From contig JBMNNW010000013.1 of NCBI GenBank assembly GCA_050942735.1, positions 73-64,072 of the forward strand: a stretch of DNA of 64,000 nt. Reading direction: 5' to 3'. The notes beneath the pieces are model-generated. The model saw only the letters and a list, made by a program, of their open reading frames with translations, was not told where the DNA came from and did not search any database. This DNA comes from Armatimonadota bacterium. GTDB taxonomy: Bacteria > Armatimonadota > Zipacnadia > Zipacnadales > UBA5352. Every line of letters begins with the position of its first letter. Positions within the stretch are counted from its first letter, which is position 1. Shown here one piece after another: positions 47,412 through 55,304 of the stretch. A program made the position numbers and the translations under genes.

Positions 47412-48616
47412 GTCTGTATGAAGCGCTACGCACCGCGCATCTGAGTCTGCTCGCGAACAAGTCGCGCTCGGTGCTCACGATGCTGGGCGTGATCATTGGC
47501 GTGGCGGCGGTCGTGATGGTAGTGGCAATCGGTGAGGGCATGCGCGATGACATCACCAGCCGCATCCAATCGATGGGCTCGAACCTGATCATGGTCATGC
47601 CCGGCGGCGGGCGCCGTGGGCCGGGAGGCACCGGCCAGACCCAGCCGGGGAGACTGGATGAGCGGGACCTCGAGGGAATCGAGGCGAACGTGACGGATGT
47701 CGTCGCCATCGCACCGGTGGTGAACACCAGCGCGACCGCGAAGTATCGCAGTCTTACGCACACGACGTCGGTCGTCGGCAGCAACACTGACTGGCCCACC
47801 GCGCAGTCATTCCAGATCGTGGAGGGTGAGTTCTTCAGCATCGGTCAGCAGCGAGCGAGGGCGCGGGTCTGCGTCGTCGGCAGCGAGATCGTGGATGAAC
47901 TGTTCCTCGGTCGCTCGCCCGTCGGAGAGTGCATTCGCATCGACAACCTGCCCTTTGAGGTCATCGGCGTTCTGAAAGCAAAAGGCGGCGGCTTCGGCAG
48001 CCCGGACAACCAGATCATCGTCCCGATCAGCACCGCCCGCCAGCGCCTGGTGGGGAACGCGGACCTGAACCAGATCATCGTCTCCGCGGCGAACGAGCAG
48101 ATCATTCCCAGCGTGATATCTCAGATCGAGCAGACTCTCTACCGCACCCACCGCGTTGATGCGTCGAACAGGGACTTCGAAATCCGCGACCAGACCGAGC
48201 TTCTTAACACCGTCAGTGAGACCACCGGGCAGATCACGCTCTTCATCGGCGGAATCGCGGCGGTGTCTCTCATCGTCGGCGGCGTTGGGATCATGAACAT
48301 CATGCTCGTCTCGGTGACAGAACGCACCCGCGAGATCGGCGTTCGCAAGGCCGTCGGCGCCCGCCGCTTCGACATCCTCGCCCAGTTCCTGATCGAGGCG
48401 GTGCTGCTGAGCGTCATCGGCGGGGTGATCGGCATCATCCTCGGCTACGCGGGCGCGGGCCTGGTGGGGGACAGGCTCGGCTGGAACACCGTGGTGCCGA
48501 TGTGGTCGGTCGCCGTCAGCTTTGCCTTCGCCGCGGGAGTGGGCGTGTTCTTCGGCTACTACCCCGCGCGCACGGCCTCCATGCTCGACCCGATCGAGTG
48601 CCTCCGCTACGAGTAG
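47408..48616 (+). CDS. ABC transporter permease (MacB periplasmic domain + FtsX 4-TM)
   Basis: Overlaps ATPase stop; N-terminal TM, large periplasmic domain, C-terminal FtsX helices ..ITLFIGGIAAVSLIVGGVGIMNIMLVSVTERTREIGVRKAVGA... Confidence 0.85.
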   Translation: MSLYEALRTAHLSLLANKSRSVLTMLGVIIGVAAVVMVVAIGEGMRDDITSRIQSMGSNLIMVMPGGGRRGPGGTGQTQPGRLDERDLEGIEANVTDVVAIAPVVNTSATAKYRSLTHTTSVVGSNTDWPTAQSFQIVEGEFFSIGQQRARARVCVVGSEIVDELFLGRSPVGECIRIDNLPFEVIGVLKAKGGGFGSPDNQIIVPISTARQRLVGNADLNQIIVSAANEQIIPSVISQIEQTLYRTHRVDASNRDFEIRDQTELLNTVSETTGQITLFIGGIAAVSLIVGGVGIMNIMLVSVTERTREIGVRKAVGARRFDILAQFLIEAVLLSVIGGVIGIILGYAGAGLVGDRLGWNTVVPMWSVAVSFAFAAGVGVFFGYYPARTASMLDPIECLRYE

Positions 48617-48707
48617 GCCGATCGGTTTGATCTGACAGAAACCCGGCCCGGCGGCGAGCGTTCCCCTCCATGCCTCTCCGCTCGCCATGACGCGCCGGGT
48701 CGTCGCC

Positions 48708-48765
48708 GCGGGCGGGGCGCCTTCCACCCCTCACGCGCCCCGCCCGCAGGGGTAGTCCTGTTGTT
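48708..48765 (+). terminator. GC-rich hairpin (13-bp stem gcgggcggggcgc / gcgccccgcccgc, 13-nt loop) followed by T-containing tract; probable terminator of efflux operon
   Basis: Perfect inverted repeat 48708..48720 / 48735..48747, 90 nt after permease stop, followed by ..agtcctgttgttgcc. Confidence 0.45.
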
Positions 48766-49062
48766 GCCTCGGACTGCCGCACTGGGCCAATGCCCGGTGG
48801 AACATCTGGCACCTCAGTCGTTTGCGGCAGGGGCACCATGTCGTGATGATCGACTGCCAATGGTAAGCCTGCCCCGCGGTATTGCCCTCGGTGGATCAAT
48901 CATGTGTGCGTCGAGTCGGTTCGGCGCCCCAGTCTCGCTCGAACGCAGTGGATGATCCTCCTCCCGAGTTCGGTCGCCCAATCGGTCCGTCGCGTGCTCC
49001 GACGGGTCCACACCGAGCGGCACGACGGAGGCCGTCAACCGACTGAGAGAGAAGAGGGCCGC

Positions 49063-49332
49063 ATGACAGGATACTACCTGGTCTTCGAGTCGATCGGCAG
49101 GGCTGTGCTGAAGTCCTTCGAGATCCCGCGGCCTGCGTTACGGTATGTCGCCCGGCAGGGCCTGGTGCGTCTCCTGGGCTGCACACGGGTCTCCGATGCG
49201 GCCATTGACTTCTACCGTGATGTTCAGAAGCCCGGCGTTTCGCCACAGTCCGCTCCGTCGATCTACACGCGTCTCGCTGAGGAAAGGCACCCGCCCCTCG
49301 GAATCGTCTTCGACTGGAGGCAGCTGCAGTGA
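49063..49332 (+). CDS. small hypothetical protein (~89 aa) translationally coupled to downstream oxidoreductase
   Basis: ATG 49063 (MTGYYLVFESIGRAVLKSFEIP...) with AGAGGG 5 nt upstream inside ORF 48904..49332; stop TGA overlaps GTG start of next gene (gTGAag). Confidence 0.35.
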   Translation: MTGYYLVFESIGRAVLKSFEIPRPALRYVARQGLVRLLGCTRVSDAAIDFYRDVQKPGVSPQSAPSIYTRLAEERHPPLGIVFDWRQLQ

Positions 49333-50390
49333 AGCCCATCAGAATCGGGCAGATCGGTGTCGGGCACGAGCACGCCTCGGGGACAATCGATGCGCTCCTG
49401 CGGCTCTCGGACCTTTACGAGGTCGTGGGCGTTGTGGAAGAGGAGAATCCTCGCTGGCGCTCCAGCACGGCCTATGAGGGCGTTGCGCGAATGACCGAGG
49501 AAGAGCTGCTCGACACGCCCGGTCTGCATGCGGTCGCAGTCGAGACGAATATGCCTGAGCTTGTGCCGACCGCCATGCGATGCATGGAGCGCGGGTTGCA
49601 TATGCATCTGGACAAGCCCGGCGGGGAGGCGCTGGAGCCGTTCAGGCGGCTGATCGACGGTTGTCGCGAGAGATCCCTGGCCATCCAACTGGGTTACATG
49701 TACCGGACGAACCCCGCGATCGAGTTCTGCTTCCGAGCAGTGCGCGAGGGGTGGCTGGGAGAGATCTTCCAGGTGGACGCAGTCATGAGCCGGTACGACA
49801 GTGACGCGTATCGGGAGTTCCTCGCCGGCTTCCCCGGGGGCGCGATGTACAACTTCGGCAGCCATCTGATTGATCTCGTGGTCGCGATGCTCGGACGCCC
49901 CGAGAACGTGGTCGCCTTCCAGAAAGCCACCCGCGACGATGGCCTCAATGACAACGGGCTGGCGGTGCTGGAGTATCGTCGAGCAACGGCGACGGTTCGC
50001 TCCTCGATCGTTGAGGCGGATGGCATGATGCACCGCCGCCTCGTCGTCTGCGGGACGAATGGCACCGTGGAGATCTGCCCGCTTGAGTACCCGGGACGCT
50101 ACCGACAGGAGCCTCTGCATGTGCGCCTGACACTACGTGAGGGCACCGCCGGGTACGCCGCCGGCACCCGGACCGTCAACGTGGGTGTGATGAACGGGCG
50201 CTACGACGACCAGTTGATCGAACTCGCCCGCATCATACGCGGAGAGATCGAGAATCCGTACTCGTATGAGCACGAGTTACATGTTCAGGAGACGCTTCTG
50301 GCCGCGGCCGGCTACACAACATGGGAGACGACCAGGCCGCAAGGTGATGGGCCGACGGAGCGTTCTTCGCGAAGGGAGCAGCAGCCGTGA
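49329..50390 (+). CDS. Gfo/Idh/MocA family oxidoreductase
   Basis: MKPIRIGQIGVGHEHASG (Rossmann), ..LHMHLDKPGGEALEP.. typical family motifs. Confidence 0.8.
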   Translation: MKPIRIGQIGVGHEHASGTIDALLRLSDLYEVVGVVEEENPRWRSSTAYEGVARMTEEELLDTPGLHAVAVETNMPELVPTAMRCMERGLHMHLDKPGGEALEPFRRLIDGCRERSLAIQLGYMYRTNPAIEFCFRAVREGWLGEIFQVDAVMSRYDSDAYREFLAGFPGGAMYNFGSHLIDLVVAMLGRPENVVAFQKATRDDGLNDNGLAVLEYRRATATVRSSIVEADGMMHRRLVVCGTNGTVEICPLEYPGRYRQEPLHVRLTLREGTAGYAAGTRTVNVGVMNGRYDDQLIELARIIRGEIENPYSYEHELHVQETLLAAAGYTTWETTRPQGDGPTERSSRREQQP

Positions 50391-51136
50391 GCCTCGAAGG
50401 CAAGGTAGCGATAGTCACTGGTGGCGCCGGATATATCGGTTCGACAACCGCGAGGCGACTCGCTTCTGACGGTGCAGCCGTGGCGGTATGCGATGTCAAC
50501 GGCGATTCGGCCCTGAAAGTGGCCGAGAGTATCAGCGCCGATGGCGGCAGCGCGACGGCAGTCCAGATGGACGTTCGCAGTACGGAGAGTGTAGAGGCCG
50601 TGGTTGCGCAGACGGTTGAGCAGTACGGTCACGTCGATATCCTGGTCAACGTTGCAGGCGGGAGCGCGAGGGAGCGGGCATCGACGGTACACGGCTCCAG
50701 CGAAGAGGTCATCCGGCACGTTCTCGATGTCAACCTCTTCGGGGTGATCTTCTGCTGCCGCGCTGTCGTCGGGCACATGATCGAGCAGGGCGGCGGGAAG
50801 ATCGTAAGCGTGGCCTCTGCACTTCCGCTTCAGGGCCAGCGCGGACACGCGGATTACGCGGCCGCCAAAGCCGGCGTGATCGCATTCTCCAGGACGCTGG
50901 CGATGGAGGTCGCACCGCACAACATCAATGTGAACTGCGTCTCACCCGGGCTGGTGCCACGGCCGGGCACGAACGTCGATGACATTCCAGAGACGAACTA
51001 CCTGGGACAGATTGCGACACCGGAGACTGTGTCCAACCTCATCGCCTTCCTCGTCTCGGACGAAGCGGACTTCGTTGTCGGTCAGAACTACGTGGTGGAT
51101 GGCGGATGGAGTCTTGGTCTCAAGGGACGACACTGA
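50387..51136 (+). CDS. SDR-family oxidoreductase (FabG-like)
   Basis: TGGAGYIGS (TGxxxGIG), catalytic YAAAKAG (YxxxK), NVNCVSPG; GTG start overlapping upstream stop. Confidence 0.85.
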   Translation: MSLEGKVAIVTGGAGYIGSTTARRLASDGAAVAVCDVNGDSALKVAESISADGGSATAVQMDVRSTESVEAVVAQTVEQYGHVDILVNVAGGSARERASTVHGSSEEVIRHVLDVNLFGVIFCCRAVVGHMIEQGGGKIVSVASALPLQGQRGHADYAAAKAGVIAFSRTLAMEVAPHNINVNCVSPGLVPRPGTNVDDIPETNYLGQIATPETVSNLIAFLVSDEADFVVGQNYVVDGGWSLGLKGRH

Positions 51137-51261
51137 CCGCCGACTGAGAGCCACGCGAAGGCAACCTCAGGCGCCCCGGCGGGGTTCCCCCGCGCGAGCG
51201 GATGGCATCCCGACCAACACCGGGCGGAGCAAGGGAGAGATCGGCTTTGCTCACAGCAGAG

Positions 51262-52278
51262 ATGGTCAAGCAGGCCGCGAAGGCGATGGGCGCGGACCTC
51301 GTCGGCATTGGCGAGATGAGCCGCTTCGAGGGCGCTCCGCCGCCGATGGACCCGCGTCACATCTTCCCTGAGGCGAAGGCGATCATCGCCCTTGCATTTC
51401 GCATCCCGCGCGGCTACCTGCGCGGCATCGAGGAGGGCACACACTTCTATCAGTACCCCTCGATGGGCTACGCGAACATCAATGAGGTCTACGCGCCGAT
51501 GGTTCTGCACGAGTTGGCCTGCCTGCTGGAGAACCACGGTTGGGAGGGGGCGGCATTCCGCAACACGGGCGGTCGCATGAGTGTCTCGGACATGACCGGC
51601 AGTCGCGATGAGCCGTGGGAGTATGGCCGGCGCATCCGCTACTCGCGCCCGGTCGCCGAGGACCGGCCCGCCCCGGACGTGATGTTCCACTTCCGCATCG
51701 CCGCCTTCATCTGCGGCCTCGGCGAGTTCGGCTGGAGCAAGCTCTTCCTCACCCCCGAATTCGGCCCGCGCCAGCGCTTCGCCTTCATGCTCACCGACGC
51801 TCCGCTTGAGCCCGATCCGCTCTACGACGGCCCCGCCCTGTGTGACCGCTGCATGGCCTGCGCGCGCGACTGCCCCGTGGGCGCGATCAGCGCGGAGGAG
51901 GCGGTGAACGTCACCGTCGCCGGGCGCGAACTGCAGTGGGGGAAGCTCGCGGAGTGGGACTGCTTCCACGGTTACATGGGCAGCAACCGCGCGACCAACC
52001 CGTTCCTGCCCGACGACGCTTTCGACGGGTTCGCCGAGGCCGCACAGATTCTCGCGGGCGAGGCCCGGCTTACGCCCGAGCAGACGCTGGAGGTGCAACG
52101 CGTGCTGCGCGACTACTACGGCGCGTCGGCCGGCTACAATTCCGCGGTCTGCGGCGGGCGCGGATGCCTGCGCGCCTGTATGGTTCACCTCGAGGAACGT
52201 GGTGTGCTGAGCTATCAGTTCAATGCGCCCTTCCGTCGCCGCACACCCTGGCAGTTGCCGACACGGGGAGATGGATGA
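51262..52278 (+). CDS. 4Fe-4S ferredoxin-domain protein (epoxyqueuosine-reductase/reductive-dehalogenase-like fold)
   Basis: ORF 51202..52278, start MVKQAAKAMGADLVGIGEMSRFEG chosen by similarity to QueG/RdhA N-termini; ..CDRCMACARDCPVGAI.. 4Fe-4S motif. Confidence 0.6.
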   Translation: MVKQAAKAMGADLVGIGEMSRFEGAPPPMDPRHIFPEAKAIIALAFRIPRGYLRGIEEGTHFYQYPSMGYANINEVYAPMVLHELACLLENHGWEGAAFRNTGGRMSVSDMTGSRDEPWEYGRRIRYSRPVAEDRPAPDVMFHFRIAAFICGLGEFGWSKLFLTPEFGPRQRFAFMLTDAPLEPDPLYDGPALCDRCMACARDCPVGAISAEEAVNVTVAGRELQWGKLAEWDCFHGYMGSNRATNPFLPDDAFDGFAEAAQILAGEARLTPEQTLEVQRVLRDYYGASAGYNSAVCGGRGCLRACMVHLEERGVLSYQFNAPFRRRTPWQLPTRGDG

Positions 52279-52435
52279 GGCTCTTCAGCACCGAGGTATT
52301 CGACCGCTATCAACGCTCGGAGAAAGCGCTGGTTTCCGCGCTGGCGGAGATGCAGGTGCAGGGTGTGTCCACCCGCGGGTCACCAATATCACGGAGGTTC
52401 TGTGCTGGCAGTCCTTCTCGGCAGAAGATTCCTGA
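52275..52435 (+). pseudogene. IS256-family (mutator-type) transposase N-terminal fragment with internal frameshift
   Basis: MRLFSTEVFDRYQRSEKALVSALAEMQVQGVSTR | (frame shift) VTNITEVLCWQSFSAEDS matches IS256 consensus ..FERYQRSEqALvlALmEMyvqGVSTRKVsxITEeLCGtxFSkSxVS..; only ~50 codons remain. Confidence 0.55.
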
Positions 52436-52478
52436 CACCAGACCAACTCCTCAGACAAGTCGGAGGCTCCACGGGCAG

Positions 52479-54902
52479 CTATCTCGGCGGAGGGTTCCAT
52501 GCAACGGCCGCAAGCGTCTCCAGACCCGCCCAGCGTCCGCCCCAGCTCGTGTACAGCAGTCCGGTGCAGTTCATGCCCTTCCGTCGCGCCTCATCGGCCA
52601 CGATCCCCCAGTTGTGGCAGCAGGTCGTGTCATCCCACGGGGAGCCCGTGAAGGTGAAGCCGTAGCGATCGAAGTGCTCGAAGCTGCTCCGGCCCCGTGT
52701 CAGGGGATCATCCGGGCCGTAGAACCAGATGTTCTGCACGACGTCCTTCGGCACCAGGTCAAGCTGCGCCTCATTCTCCCCGCTGAACCACGTGCCGTTG
52801 TGATAGGGGTTGAGGGCATCGGCCCACATCATCAGCGTGACGTCCGCGTCAACCGAGTGCGCGAAGTCGTTAAGCCGCGCGATGTCCTCGGCCAGCAGCT
52901 CTCCACCGGTCATCCCGCGCCGCTGGCAGCGGCTGTCGGAATTCACGATACGGGGCTCGTCGTGGCCGATATGCACGGTTCGCGGGCCAAGGTGGCGAAT
53001 CGTGTTCTCAATCGCCGGGAACATGATCTCATAGACCGCCGGCTCCGACGGGCAGTAGGGGATGTTGCGGCTGCCCATCTTCACCGCGTGATCGTAGGAG
53101 GCCAACACCGTGGCCCCGTCCGCGATCCTGCCGCCCTCGATTCGCCGGATGCGCCAGGGCTCGGCATCCGCCACGTAGGGGAACTCAGTGACGCCCTCGA
53201 TCACCTCGTAGTCCTCGCCCTCAACCCAGGTGGTCGCGCCGTCCGCGCTGGTGATGACGATTTCGGTCGCGTCCGTGCGCAGCACGTTGCGGTGCTCGAG
53301 TTCCACCGGCTCGGTGCCGGTCAGCACCAGTTCCTCGTCGCGCTGCCAGGCACCCTCGACACAGTGCGGGTTGCGCGAAAGCTGCGGGGCCGCATGTCCG
53401 AGGCTCTGCAGCTCCGGGATCGGCTCGATCCCCCACGCGCGCAGCGTGTCGAATGAGGCCCGCGTGCGCTCCCGCACGTCGGGGTCGTCGAGCTGGTAGA
53501 AGACGCCGCTCTCCATCACCACCGCATTCATCTTCAGCCGCATGAGCTGCCGGCAGAAGTCGGCCAGTGCCTCACCGGACGGGACGCCCGCGCGGTAGGT
53601 GCCGCGGAAGGGCATCGCCGGCCAGTCCGTCACCTCGCATTCGGGGACCCTCCCGCCGCCGGCCTCGGCCAGGTCGAGCAGCGTCATCAGCCCGTGCACG
53701 GCGCCGGTGGCCGTGGGCGCCGTGATCCGCACACCATCCGTGTCGGCGCGCAACTCGTAGCGCTCGCTCTCCGGCCAGCGCACGGCCTCGCCGGTGACCC
53801 GCACCTCGATGGTGTCGCTTCCGCGCACCGCCATCTGATTGAGGTGCTCCTCCACCAGCGCGACGGCGTTGCGCAGGAACGGGTCATCATCGGTGGCGCC
53901 GATTGCCCCCGGCGTGCAACCATCCGACAGCGCGCCGAGGCGTACCTCCCGCGGGGGGATCGGCAAGGTGGCCTCACCGACGGTGATATTGTCGATCAGC
54001 GCGGTCCCTCGCCCTTCCACGGAGATGCGCACTCCCGCCGATGCGTCGGGAGGGACGGCGAATCCGAGGTGCGTGGGGACGAAGCCGCGGGCACCGGGAT
54101 CAACCTGCCGACGGCGCTCGGCGACGATCTCACCTGTCCCGGCATCGACCGCCGCGAGCGTGATCCAGCCCTCGCTCATTCCCTCGGTGTTCACTTCCGC
54201 CGACAAAGTCGCGAGGTGGTCGCGGGGAGCCCTGATCTCGCGGGTGATGGTCACCGGTCCGGTGCGCGGGAGCACCGCCAGCGATCGCGCGCCAAGCCTC
54301 GCATCAGGCGGGCGAATGCTCGACGTGCTTCGCAACTGGGCGCCCAGACCGTCGTCTGTGACGCCGTAGACCTCGGCGTAGGCGCTCCCCTGAAGGTCTT
54401 CGCTGTCCGCCCGGACTTCGAGGCGGTAGTCGGTGTTCGGCTCGCAGGCGATGTCCTGATAGACGCGGCTCATGCCCTCCGGCTCCGTGCGGGTGATGCG
54501 GATAGCGCCGGAGCCTGTACGGTGGTCGCCGTCCCAGAAGATCGTCCTCCCGATATCATCCTGGCCCCAGCCGGTGATGCGGTGGCCGTCGTGTTCGCGG
54601 AAGCTTGCGTTCTCAATACGCAGGCCGTCGAGATCGACGCTGCTGAACCAGACGGTTCCGGTGCCGCGCTGGATTCGGAGGTAGACGCGGATGGTGTCGT
54701 ACTGGCGGCTGTTGAAACTCGCCACGAGACGCTGCGGCCCGCCAGTCGAGCGCACACGCGCCCATCCCTCAGCGTCATCGACCACCCAGCCGCCCTCCTG
54801 CAGTGTCGCGACTTCTTCGAAGTCCTCATGCAGCCACGTGTCGGCGGTGGCGAGGGTCGTCGTCAGGACGAGGACGGATACGATGACGGTGATGCGGTGC
54901 AT
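52479..54902 (-). CDS. secreted GH20-family beta-N-acetylhexosaminidase-like protein with N-terminal CBM-like domain
   Basis: ORF 52479..54938; start MHRITVIVSVLVLTTTLATA with AGGAGAAGGGAG upstream; GH20b-like VRITAPTATGAVHGLMTLLDL; catalytic region MPFRGTYRAG...VHIGHDEPRIV (cf. HIGGDE). Confidence 0.7.
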   Translation of the reverse strand: MHRITVIVSVLVLTTTLATADTWLHEDFEEVATLQEGGWVVDDAEGWARVRSTGGPQRLVASFNSRQYDTIRVYLRIQRGTGTVWFSSVDLDGLRIENASFREHDGHRITGWGQDDIGRTIFWDGDHRTGSGAIRITRTEPEGMSRVYQDIACEPNTDYRLEVRADSEDLQGSAYAEVYGVTDDGLGAQLRSTSSIRPPDARLGARSLAVLPRTGPVTITREIRAPRDHLATLSAEVNTEGMSEGWITLAAVDAGTGEIVAERRRQVDPGARGFVPTHLGFAVPPDASAGVRISVEGRGTALIDNITVGEATLPIPPREVRLGALSDGCTPGAIGATDDDPFLRNAVALVEEHLNQMAVRGSDTIEVRVTGEAVRWPESERYELRADTDGVRITAPTATGAVHGLMTLLDLAEAGGGRVPECEVTDWPAMPFRGTYRAGVPSGEALADFCRQLMRLKMNAVVMESGVFYQLDDPDVRERTRASFDTLRAWGIEPIPELQSLGHAAPQLSRNPHCVEGAWQRDEELVLTGTEPVELEHRNVLRTDATEIVITSADGATTWVEGEDYEVIEGVTEFPYVADAEPWRIRRIEGGRIADGATVLASYDHAVKMGSRNIPYCPSEPAVYEIMFPAIENTIRHLGPRTVHIGHDEPRIVNSDSRCQRRGMTGGELLAEDIARLNDFAHSVDADVTLMMWADALNPYHNGTWFSGENEAQLDLVPKDVVQNIWFYGPDDPLTRGRSSFEHFDRYGFTFTGSPWDDTTCCHNWGIVADEARRKGMNCTGLLYTSWGGRWAGLETLAAVAWNPPPR

Positions 54903-55304
54903 CGGCTGCAACTCCCTTCTCCTGTTCGTGCTGGTCACCGTGCGGGCCGTTTCGCGACAGGATAGCCGATCCGGGCATGTTCACCAACCTGTGAGCGTGA
55001 GAGGGTTGCGACACCGTTCGCCTGTCGCCGCCGGTTCCCCTCCCGCACCGTCGGGCAGCCCGGTCGGTGTGAGGCGGCAGGAGGACCCGTCTGAACGCTC
55101 TGTTCCACATCTGCCTGTCAGAGCGATCACTCACGGACTTGCACCGCAGGCGGGCCACCGTCCTCCTCGCGTACCGCCGCCGCCCGACACGTCGCGCGCC
55201 GGAAGGTGTGCGGTTATGCCGCATTGAACCATCTTTCACCGGCTGCGGGCGGGGTGTGCCTCGCTCGGGCCGCCGTAGCAGGAACAGACGGCACAGGCGC
55301 GGAG

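Noticed and set aside
51088-52188. 366-aa minus ORF
   Set aside because: Antisense to SDR and 4Fe-4S genes; no RBS or domain.
52936-53456. Tail of 506-aa + ORF 51936..53456
   Set aside because: Beyond the IS256 fragment it is antisense to the GH20 gene.
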